DNA of 32,000 bases from Thermofilum pendens Hrk 5. GTDB lineage: Archaea > Thermoproteota > Thermoprotei > Thermofilales > Thermofilaceae. A program made the position numbers and the translations under genes. The number at the start of each line of letters is the position of its first letter. The stretch's first letter is position 1. The notes beneath the pieces were generated by a model, which was given only the letters and a program-made list of their open reading frames with translations, ran no database searches and had not been told where the DNA came from. This document shows positions 8,424 through 15,943 of the stretch, piece by piece. The stretch lies in NCBI RefSeq assembly GCF_000015225.1, contig NC_008698.1, forward strand, positions 1,620,001 through 1,652,000, in the 5' to 3' direction.

Positions 8424-9384
8424 AACGGCATTATTTCTGCTATTAGTACTAGTAGTCACACTAGCAGGTATTTTCATCACAGTTTTCCGCTTAGAAGAAC
8501 CTCAGGGGCGCTTAACCCTGGTTCCCTGCTCCCGGTACGCCGTCGCGGTGGCGGACGGGAGCAGGGTTTCGGTCTGGAAGCCGGTGGGGGCGGCGTCTAT
8601 AGACCCGAACCTATGGGGGCTTGTGGACTTCGAGGGAAGCGGGCTCGTACGCGGGTCGGCGCGGATGGAGTGTAGGGCGGGTGGACCCCTCCTCATCGAG
8701 ACCGCGCTGGAGGTCGACGCCCCTCTGAGGCAGGGCGTGGTGGCGTACCACGAGGTAATATACGGGGTAAAGCCGTTCGGCGTCGACCCCGCGCACCCCC
8801 TTCCGCGCGACCCTCTCCCTCTCCCCGCTAGGCTGGACCTACTACCCAGGGTGGTGGCTCTAGCCGAGTACTCCGTGCACTGGAGCAGTACCGGGGTGAA
8901 CGTGGCGTACGACGTCTGGCTGAAGAGGAGGGCGGGGGAGCCCGGGGTGTCGCGGGGAGACCTGGAGGTCATGGTCTGGCTTTACTGGGACAACGCCACC
9001 CCGGCTGGCTCCGCGGTATCGAGGTTCGAGGCGCCGGTTCTCGTGAACTGCACCCTTAAACCTCTCAACTGGACCGTGTGGATCCAGCGCTCCATAGGGG
9101 GAGGGTGGACCTACGTTGCGTTCACGCCAAGCGCGCCCGTACGCTCGGGGAGCGTGGCTGTAGACCTCAAGCTGTTCCTCGACAAGGCGGTAGAGCTCCT
9201 GGAGGAGTCGACGCCGGGGCAGTGGTCGGCGAGGGACCTTCACGTAGTATCGGTGGAGTTCGGTAGCGAGGTCTTCTACTCCAAGAGGATAGCGGTGAGC
9301 TGGGAGCTCAGAAGGCTGGAGTTACTCGTATCGCCGTCGAAGACCACCGCCGAGGAGGCTTTGAGAGGCGCCTGCAAGGGTTGA
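8407..9384 (+). CDS. Glycoside hydrolase family 12 endo-beta-1,4-glucanase with N-terminal membrane anchor
   Basis: GH12-like motifs NLWG, YHEVIYGVKPFG, NVAYDVWL, LEVMVWL (nucleophile Glu region) and VEFGSEVF (acid/base Glu region). N-terminal hydrophobic anchor ALFLLLVLVVTLAGIFITVF. Confidence 0.8.
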   Translation: MLLGFKTALFLLLVLVVTLAGIFITVFRLEEPQGRLTLVPCSRYAVAVADGSRVSVWKPVGAASIDPNLWGLVDFEGSGLVRGSARMECRAGGPLLIETALEVDAPLRQGVVAYHEVIYGVKPFGVDPAHPLPRDPLPLPARLDLLPRVVALAEYSVHWSSTGVNVAYDVWLKRRAGEPGVSRGDLEVMVWLYWDNATPAGSAVSRFEAPVLVNCTLKPLNWTVWIQRSIGGGWTYVAFTPSAPVRSGSVAVDLKLFLDKAVELLEESTPGQWSARDLHVVSVEFGSEVFYSKRIAVSWELRRLELLVSPSKTTAEEALRGACKG

Positions 9385-9398
9385 AGGAAAGACCCGGC

Positions 9399-11045
9399 TC
9401 ACCCGGTTTTCCCTTCCCCGGCGCTCTTCTCCCGTAGCTCGCGCAGAGGCTCCGCGAACTTCCTCATGGCGTATTCCCAGGCGCGCTCCATACACTCTAC
9501 TGCCCTGTCCGCCTCATCCCAGGTCACGGCGCTCTCCAGCTTGTACCTCCTCGTGTAGCTCTTAGACAGGAAGTGCAGGCACTCCTCCACCTTTCTCGGC
9601 ACGGCGTCGCCCTCCACGAGGAAGAGCATCATCGAGAAGAGCCTGTGCTTCCTGAAGTCCTCTATCTCGGACGGCACTATCCTCTTCACCTTGAGGGCCA
9701 AGGCGTCTACCAGGAACTCCACGGACTGCTCGGCGTAGAACATCGACTGGTCGAGAAGCCCCCTCCTTCTCATCTCGTAGGCTAGCTCCATGTACTTCTG
9801 CGCCTCCCGGTAGTAGCTGGCGGCTAAGCCGTCGAAATCCACGGGGCGCCTACGCCTAGGCCTAGCGTAGCCGGCACCGCGCACCGGGGTAACAGCCCCT
9901 CTCTTCGCCCCGCGCTGCACGGCGACCGCGGCAGGACTCCAGGCTTCGAGGAGGGGCTGCTTCCGCTCTGGCTCCGCCTTCCCGGGTGGGAGTAGGAGCA
10001 CCCTTAAAACGCCCACGGTGGTTAGCGGGCCCGCGGCTATTGCTGGCGCGGCTACCGCCGTGCATGCGTAGCAGGGGCTTTTCCCGAACACGTAGCTCAG
10101 GGGCTCTACCAGCGACATGTAAGCCGTCATCAAGGCTATACCCGTAGCCGCGTAGTCGTCCCGGCGGGGTAGAAGCCTGTACACGTACGTGGCCGCGAGG
10201 AGGACTGTGACGGGCAACGCCACCACAGATACGGCGGTGCCCCTGAACACTTCGAGGGCAGCGTAGGCCGCGGCCGAGGATACCACCGGCGCCACTACGC
10301 CCGCGCTACTCCCCTCGAGAAGCACGCGGAGAGCCGCGAAGACCGTGAGCGAGGCGACGAGCACGAGTAACGGTACGTCGAGGTAGGTGTTCCAGCCGAG
10401 GGCAGCCTCGTAGGCAGAGGCTGACGCGGCGAAGGCGGGTACCGCTAGGAGCAGTAGGGCCGACCCTTTGCCGAGCAGCGAGGCGTCGCTACGGAGTAGC
10501 TCGCGCCACCTCTGGCTAGCCACGGCTACGAAGGCGTAGGCGAACCCCACGTATGCGAGCACGGGCGGCTTGACCGCGAGGGCTAGGAGCCCCGCGAAGA
10601 AGAGCGTTACGCCCAGGAACCAGGCTTCACCACCGCTCCCCGCGGTTACCTTGAAGACCGGGTACATCGCTGGCAACGCGAGGATGGGAAGGAGGTACGC
10701 CGCCTCCCTCGCGGCTAGGTTTTCAAGCCCGTACGCGACGGTAGACAAGTACGCGAAGACCTTCAGCCTGTACACCCCGCTACTCTCGTCCGGCTGGGCG
10801 CACTCCGCTCCGAGGAGGGCTGCCAGGAAGGCTAGCAGGGTCGGCAGGAAGGCTACGTCCCCGCCTGTCAGCGCGTACACCCCGAACCTTTTCGCGGCTT
10901 CCCCGAGGGGCTGCCAGCCGCTGTACTCGTAGAGTATCAGCATTACCGCCGAGGCGTAGAGCCAGGCGAAAAGAATCGTGCTGACATTCCTGCAGGCATC
11001 CCTCGCTGCAAGCGTGGGTACCTCGCTCGAATCGTTTAAACCCAT
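9399..11045 (-). CDS. Polytopic membrane protein with C-terminal HEPN-like domain
   Basis: About 10-12 hydrophobic segments over the first approx. 370 aa, then a basic linker (GYARPRRRRP). The last approx. 140 aa align by eye with the PF05168-type HEPN proteins in this window (AEQSVEFLVDALAL ... KHRLFSMM ... LSKSYTRRY). ATG 11045 is preferred over GTG 11051; a TTTAAAA box lies about 30 nt upstream. Confidence 0.7.
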   Translation of the reverse strand: MGLNDSSEVPTLAARDACRNVSTILFAWLYASAVMLILYEYSGWQPLGEAAKRFGVYALTGGDVAFLPTLLAFLAALLGAECAQPDESSGVYRLKVFAYLSTVAYGLENLAAREAAYLLPILALPAMYPVFKVTAGSGGEAWFLGVTLFFAGLLALAVKPPVLAYVGFAYAFVAVASQRWRELLRSDASLLGKGSALLLLAVPAFAASASAYEAALGWNTYLDVPLLVLVASLTVFAALRVLLEGSSAGVVAPVVSSAAAYAALEVFRGTAVSVVALPVTVLLAATYVYRLLPRRDDYAATGIALMTAYMSLVEPLSYVFGKSPCYACTAVAAPAIAAGPLTTVGVLRVLLLPPGKAEPERKQPLLEAWSPAAVAVQRGAKRGAVTPVRGAGYARPRRRRPVDFDGLAASYYREAQKYMELAYEMRRRGLLDQSMFYAEQSVEFLVDALALKVKRIVPSEIEDFRKHRLFSMMLFLVEGDAVPRKVEECLHFLSKSYTRRYKLESAVTWDEADRAVECMERAWEYAMRKFAEPLRELREKSAGEGKTG

Positions 11046-11172
11046 CGGCACCCACTATTATAGAACCTCGCGGTTTTAAATTGGTAACTAAAGAGTTAAC
11101 AGCGCTCAGCCCCGGTGCCGGGGGACCGATCCCCCTCTACCGCGCGTGGAGACACGTGTGAGGGAAAAAGGG

Positions 11173-12420
11173 TTAAGCCGAGACCTCTTCGAGGCTTCTC
11201 CCCTTCGTCTCGACGCCCAGCGCGGCGACCACGGCGGCGGAGACCACGTGCGCCAGCGCGAAGACGGCGAAGGGGGCCGAGGGGTTCCCGTACGACTGTA
11301 TCATGACGCCGGCCACGTAGGGTCCGAGGATCCCGCCTATCCTCCCGAATGCGTTTGCCCACCCGCTACCGGTTCCCCTGAGCTCGGTTGGGTACAGCTC
11401 CGGAGTGTAGGCGTAGGTCACGCCCCAGGCGCCGAGGTTGAAGAACGAGACTAGCACGCCCCACGCGAGGGCCTCGAGGTCTGTCTTCGCGGCCCACAGC
11501 CCGGCGCTCGCGATGCCCGCGCCCAGCATGTAGGCGGCGAGGACGGGCTTCCTGCCGGCGACCTCTACGAGGTAGGCTCCCGACAGGTAGCCCGGTATCT
11601 GGGCTAGCGTTATCAGTATCGCGTAGTCGAGGCTCCTGACGAAGGGTATGCCGCGCTTGTAGAGTATGTCGGGGAGCCAGAGGAAGATCCCCCAGTACGC
11701 GAGTACGAGCATGAACCAGTGGATCCACAGCATCACGCTCCTCCTCAGGTACCTCCTCCCGACGAGGTCCCTCAGCCCGGCCCTAGCGGCCGGCTGGGCC
11801 CGCGGCACCTCTACCCCGAGCCTCCCCGCGAGGGCCTCGGCTTCGGCGAGCCTACCCTTAGACACGAGGAACCTGAGGGACTCCGGGACGGCTACGTAGA
11901 GAACAGGGAGCAGTGCCAGCGCCGCGCTGGACGCTAAGAAGACGGCGCGCCAGCCGTAGCTGGGCGCGATTAGCCGCGATAGCACGAGGGATGCCAGCCA
12001 CCCGAGCGCCCACGCGCTCTCCAGCACTGCGACCTGCCTGCCCCTGGAAGAGGTCGGCGCGTACTCCGCTAGGAGCACGCTCGCCGTGACCATGTAGCCC
12101 GCGTTCCCGGCCCCCGCGAGCACCCTGTACACCGATAGGTCCAGCCATCCCCGGGCCGCGGCGCTCATAGGGGTGAAAACACCCATGAGTGCGTAGGAGG
12201 CGACGAGGGACGCCCTACGCCCAACCCTGTCGGAGAGGTAGCCGATCAGGGAGGCGCCGAGGAGCATCCCGAGGAGCCAGCTGCTCAGAACCCTCCCGGC
12301 CTCCTCCGCTCCCATCGCGAGCTCCGCCCTTATCAGCGTCAAGGTCCCGCTGACCACTCCCGCGTACATCGCGCCGATAGCCCAGCCAGCCATCAAGACG
12401 GGGAGTAGGCGCGACTTCAT
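11173..12420 (-). CDS. Major facilitator superfamily transporter
   Basis: 415 aa with about 12 hydrophobic segments. MFS signature GYLSDRVGRR lies between the predicted second and third segments, with a second-half repeat AGRKP. Confidence 0.9.
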   Translation of the reverse strand: MKSRLLPVLMAGWAIGAMYAGVVSGTLTLIRAELAMGAEEAGRVLSSWLLGMLLGASLIGYLSDRVGRRASLVASYALMGVFTPMSAAARGWLDLSVYRVLAGAGNAGYMVTASVLLAEYAPTSSRGRQVAVLESAWALGWLASLVLSRLIAPSYGWRAVFLASSAALALLPVLYVAVPESLRFLVSKGRLAEAEALAGRLGVEVPRAQPAARAGLRDLVGRRYLRRSVMLWIHWFMLVLAYWGIFLWLPDILYKRGIPFVRSLDYAILITLAQIPGYLSGAYLVEVAGRKPVLAAYMLGAGIASAGLWAAKTDLEALAWGVLVSFFNLGAWGVTYAYTPELYPTELRGTGSGWANAFGRIGGILGPYVAGVMIQSYGNPSAPFAVFALAHVVSAAVVAALGVETKGRSLEEVSA

Positions 12421-12508
12421 ACAGGTTCAAGAGGCTAAAAGCACTAAAAAGCCTTAGCGTCCGACAGGCTTAAACCATGGGGCTTCGCGTTGAGGGCTGG
12501 GGGTAGCC

Positions 12509-13861
12509 GTGCCCGGAGGAGGATCCAAGCTGAGGCTCGTAACCACCTCTCTGCTCGTCACACTCCTGATCCTGTCACTACGGCTAGCGGTCTACGCGCT
12601 TACGAACAGCCTCGCCGTGCTCGCGGACGCTTTCCACAGCCTGGTAGACATACTGGGGAACGTGTTCGCCGTAGCGGCTGTCGCCGTCTCCTCGAAGGGG
12701 CCCGACGCGGACCACTCCTACGGGCACGAGAAAGCCGAGAGCCTCGGCACGCTGTTCGTCGCTGGGCTACTGACGGTAATCTTTGCGTTCATAGTTTACG
12801 AGTCGCTTCAAAGAGCCCTCGCGCCCAGCTACTCGGTCGCGTTCACCGCGTGGTCCTCCCTTCTCCTCGCGTTCACGATGTCGATGGACATGTGGAGGGC
12901 GAGGGCTCTCTCCAGGGGCGCGCGGCTCTACAGGTCCACGGTTCTGGAAGCCGACGCGCTACACTACACCAGCGACTTCTACGCCACCGGGACTATCCTC
13001 GCGCTGAGCGTGGTCGGCACGCTGTACAAGGGCCCGTACCTCAAGTACCTGGACATGGCCGTGAGCGTAGCGATCGCCGGCTACTTCGCTTACTCGTCGC
13101 TGAGGCTCGCCAAGACAGCCGTAGACGAGCTCATGGATAGGACTCCCACAGAGGTCGTAGCCCTCTTCCGCGAAGTCGCCTCGAGCCGCGGTCTACCCGT
13201 CGAGAGGGTTAGAGCCAGGAAGGCGGGGCCCAGGGTTTTCCTCGACGCCGTGGCGCGGATCCCGCCGGGCATGACCCTAGAGGAGGCTCACAGGCTCGTA
13301 GACGAGGTGGAGGAGGAGCTGAGGGGCAGGGCGGGGGTGGACGTAGACGTTACTATACACATGGAGCCCCAGGACGAAGTAGCGGCTACGATCGCCCGTA
13401 GAGTGGAAGAGGCGGCTCGCCGCGAAGGAGTAGTCAGAGTGCACGGACTAGAGCTAGCCAGGGGCGAGGGCGGGGTACACGTAAGGTTTCACGTGGAGGC
13501 TAAGCCGGACGTCAGCGTCGAGGAGGCGAAGAGGATAGCGGACGAGCTTAAAAGAGAGGTAGAGTCGACGCCCGGCGTTTCCAGCGTCGTTGTCCACGTA
13601 GAGCCGGCGGCGAAGAGCGAGGAAGACGTCAGGAAAGCCGTGGAAAGAGTGCTGAGCCGGGAGGGGCTCCGCGGGAAGCTCGAAGTCGCCGACGTAAAGG
13701 TTGTAAAGACCGAGGGGAAGACGCTCGTAGACATAGTGTGCAAGGTTCCCCGGGGGGAAAGCATAGAGGAAGCCCACAGGAGTGTGGGTAGGCTTGAAGG
13801 AGTGCTGAGGGAGGAGCTCGGCGAGAAGTACCTGGTCACCGTATGCCTGGAGCCAACTTAG
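12509..13861 (+). CDS. Cation diffusion facilitator (CDF) metal efflux protein with three tandem C-terminal cytoplasmic domains
   Basis: CDF motifs HSLVD and ADALHYTSD lie in the membrane part. It is 450 aa, against roughly 300 for a typical CDF. Three consecutive approx. 80-aa units each end in H(M/V)EP or LEP. Confidence 0.9.
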   Translation: MPGGGSKLRLVTTSLLVTLLILSLRLAVYALTNSLAVLADAFHSLVDILGNVFAVAAVAVSSKGPDADHSYGHEKAESLGTLFVAGLLTVIFAFIVYESLQRALAPSYSVAFTAWSSLLLAFTMSMDMWRARALSRGARLYRSTVLEADALHYTSDFYATGTILALSVVGTLYKGPYLKYLDMAVSVAIAGYFAYSSLRLAKTAVDELMDRTPTEVVALFREVASSRGLPVERVRARKAGPRVFLDAVARIPPGMTLEEAHRLVDEVEEELRGRAGVDVDVTIHMEPQDEVAATIARRVEEAARREGVVRVHGLELARGEGGVHVRFHVEAKPDVSVEEAKRIADELKREVESTPGVSSVVVHVEPAAKSEEDVRKAVERVLSREGLRGKLEVADVKVVKTEGKTLVDIVCKVPRGESIEEAHRSVGRLEGVLREELGEKYLVTVCLEPT

Positions 13862-13863
13862 CA

Positions 13864-13962
13864 AAACATCGTTAGACATAGACAAAACAATGTTATACAA
13901 TCATTCCTGAAAAGAGATTAGGTTGAATAACAACGTTATACATTGATATAACAATGTTATGC
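13864..13962. repeat. Four phased copies of AACAAYGTTATRC-like motif in an AT-rich island
   Basis: aacatcgttagaca (13864-13877, degenerate), aacaatgttataca (13886-13899), aacaacgttataca (13929-13942) and aacaatgttatgc (13950-13962). Start-to-start spacings are 22, 43 and 21 bp. Confidence 0.6.
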
Positions 13963-14066
13963 TTATTCCGCCACAAAAACGTGCACCAACAAACAAGCAC
14001 AGCCCGGTAAAGAGAGCCTTGAAACATGCATCCCCGCCCACGCTCACCCGAGCACCCGGCGTTCGC

Positions 14067-14074
14067 CTTAAATA
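14067..14074 (+). promoter_or_regulatory. TATA-like box CTTAAATA
   Basis: Lies 36 nt upstream of in-frame TTG 14106. The same octamer sits at a similar distance upstream of the vapB-like gene at 19893. Confidence 0.45.
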
Positions 14075-14105
14075 CTCCTGCTTCCAGATTACTTGGGGGC
14101 CTGGG

Positions 14106-15266
14106 TTGGGAGTTAGGGCCGAGTTTCTGAGGCTACTGGAGGAGGACGTGGAGTTTAGGTATGCAGTCGCAGGCTACCTGGGAGTGTTAGAGGTTTTGAG
14201 GAGGCTAGACTCCCTAGCCGAGGAGATGAAGAGGCTCAGAGAAGAAATGCACGCGGGCTTCGCGAAGCACGGGGAAATACTTGAAAGGCTCGAAAAGATC
14301 CTCGAGAAGCACGAAGAGGCCTTGAGAAGACACGATGAGGAGCTAATCAGGCTTAGAGAGGACATGAATAAGGGGTTTGCCAGGCACGACGAGCAACTCG
14401 CAAAGCTTAGGGAAGACATGAACTCCGGCTTCGCGAGGCACGACGAAGCATCGAGAAGGCACGAGGAGCAACTTGTGAAGCTTAGAGAGGACTTCAACAA
14501 GCTGAGGGAGGATATGAACAAGGGCTTCGCTAGACACGACGAGGCTCTTAAAAGGCATGAAGAAGAACTCGTGAAGCTTAGGGAGGACATGAACGCCGGC
14601 TTTGCTAGACAAGACAAAGAGCTCACCAGGCTTAGAGAGGACATGAACGCCGGTTTCGCTAGGCATGACGAGTTATTCAGGAGGCATGAAGAGGAGATGA
14701 AGGGACTACGGGAGGATATGAATAAGGGATTTGCCAGGCACGATGAAGCGTTGAGGAGGCACGAGGAAGAGCTAGTAAAGCTCAGAGAGGACATGAACAA
14801 AGGCTTTGCTAGACACGACGAGGCGCTGAGGAGGCATGAGGAGATTTTAGAGAAGCATAGCGAGGAGTTAGCAAAGTTGAGGAGCGCTATGATTGCCGGT
14901 TTTGGGGAGTTAAGCAAGTTTGCGGGTATGACCTTCGAGGAATTTGTTAGGAAGTTCCTGACCGCTTACCTCAGGGAGGCGGGCGAAGTCCCGGAAGGCT
15001 CAGAGCTGAGGAGGGAGGTCGTAGAAGGCGAGGAGATAGACCTCTTCCTCGAAGAACCACTCATAGTCGGAGAAGTAACGGCACACGCAGAGTCCCTGGA
15101 GGAGCTTGAGAAGCTAGTCAGGAAGGCGGAGCTGGTGAAAGCCAAGTACGGTAAAGAACCCAGGAAAATCCTAGTCATACTTACAGCGCCCAGGGACTTA
15201 GCAGAGAAACTTGAAAAAATTGCCGGCGAGAAGGGCGTAGAGCTCATAATAGGGAGAACAGCCTAG
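14106..15266 (+). CDS. His-rich coiled-coil repeat protein with PD-(D/E)XK-like C-terminal domain (DUF3782-like by memory)
   Basis: The ORF track starts at 13959. The first 49 codons cover the AT-rich repeat island and the TATA box and look non-coding, so TTG 14106 (LGVRAEFLRLLEEDVEFRYAVAGYLG) is preferred. Nine LREDMNxGFARHDE-type units are followed by EIDLFL...LIVGEVT...ILVILTAPRDLAEKLEKIAGEKGVELI. Confidence 0.8.
   Translation: MGVRAEFLRLLEEDVEFRYAVAGYLGVLEVLRRLDSLAEEMKRLREEMHAGFAKHGEILERLEKILEKHEEALRRHDEELIRLREDMNKGFARHDEQLAKLREDMNSGFARHDEASRRHEEQLVKLREDFNKLREDMNKGFARHDEALKRHEEELVKLREDMNAGFARQDKELTRLREDMNAGFARHDELFRRHEEEMKGLREDMNKGFARHDEALRRHEEELVKLREDMNKGFARHDEALRRHEEILEKHSEELAKLRSAMIAGFGELSKFAGMTFEEFVRKFLTAYLREAGEVPEGSELRREVVEGEEIDLFLEEPLIVGEVTAHAESLEELEKLVRKAELVKAKYGKEPRKILVILTAPRDLAEKLEKIAGEKGVELIIGRTA
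14234..14909 (+). repeat. Intragenic tandem repeats (about nine units, 18- or 25-codon period)
   Basis: LRE(D/E)MNxGFARHDE cores are separated by short (QLAK, ELTR) or long (ALRRHEEELVK) spacers. The copies differ mostly at synonymous positions. Confidence 0.9.
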
Positions 15267-15577
15267 CCCACTGTCAGCTTCTAGAAGCCGGGAGAGCCGC
15301 ACACGGTTCCTAGGATGCTCGACATCAATGTCGGCGAAGCCGCGAGGACCCCGCTCGAGCGCTACGTCGCGAATCGGGAAGAGGTCGTCCCAGGAAGATG
15401 CTGAGGCGTACCAAGGAGCGCTTAGAGAGCAGGGTTGAGCCGGCCACTATAGCCAGGCTGATCCAAGAGAACAGAGCACAAGTGATTTTTTTCTCTTAGA
15501 GCCTCCGCTACGTGCGCCGTTTCTCCGTTAAGGCTCTCCGAAAACTGTAGCCCAACAGGTGCTGAAAAGCGAGGGGC

Positions 15578-15943
15578 TTAGGAAGTACCCGGTCGGCTCT
15601 TTCGGGCTTTCTCGGCGAAGTCTCGGCTCAGCAGTCCGAGATCGTCCCGTAGCTTTACCCCTCTCTCCACGGCCTCTAGCGCCAGCTGGTCTCCTCTCTC
15701 GAGGAGCCTTTCGAACTCCTCGGGGGTGAGGGGTATAACTTCGTATCCCGGCGGGACTTCGATGGCCTTCAGCCTCTCCAAGGGGCCTCCCTTGAACTCC
15801 CCGGATACCAGCACCACGTCTACGTCGCTCCACTCGTTGAAGTCGCCCCTCGCGTAGGAGCCTACGAGCACAGCCGTAACGCTACCTCTAAGCCTGCTGG
15901 CCCATTCTAAAGCCTCCTTCACCACCTCCTCTCTGAGCTTCAC
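15578..15943 (-). CDS. Minimal nucleotidyltransferase (MNT), partner of HEPN
   Basis: LVGSYARGDFNEWSDVDVVLV motif. GTG 15943 overlaps the HEPN stop as GTGA, with GGAGG just upstream. The ORF track extends to 16060 inside the HEPN gene. Confidence 0.85.
   Translation of the reverse strand: MKLREEVVKEALEWASRLRGSVTAVLVGSYARGDFNEWSDVDVVLVSGEFKGGPLERLKAIEVPPGYEVIPLTPEEFERLLERGDQLALEAVERGVKLRDDLGLLSRDFAEKARKSRPGTS

Noticed and set aside
8502-13900. Many long alternative-frame or antisense ORFs in the GC-rich block, e.g. 8502-8972(-), 8860-9243(-), 11366-11728(-), 11858-12148(-), 12490-13140(+), 13454-13900(-).
   Set aside because: They are Arg/Pro/Gly/Ala-rich shadows of well-supported genes (GH12, MFS, CDF). 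Stop codons are rare in GC-rich DNA. They have no motifs and no independent start context.
13959-14105. N-terminal 49-codon extension of the repeat protein ORF.
   Set aside because: It reads through the AT-rich repeat island and the CTTAAATA box. Its peptide (MLIPPQKRAPTNKHSPVKRALKH...) is unlike the conserved N-terminus that begins at LGVRAEFLRLLEEDVEF.
14174-14917. 247-aa antisense ORF (Ser/Leu/Cys-rich, itself repetitive) opposite the repeat protein gene. The periodic DNA also briefly suggested a CRISPR-like array.
   Set aside because: The periodicity is explained by in-frame coding repeats on the plus strand with synonymous variation. There are no constant repeats with unique spacers. 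The antisense peptide is low-complexity.
15267-15577. About 310 bp without a called ORF. It contains a 29-codon ORF (MLDINVGEAARTPLERYV...), a second short frame and a T7 tract at 15488-15494. It could be a degraded gene or a small RNA.
   Set aside because: I found no motif, no C/D-box or tRNA-like features and no convincing frameshift reconstruction. The evidence is too weak to call anything.
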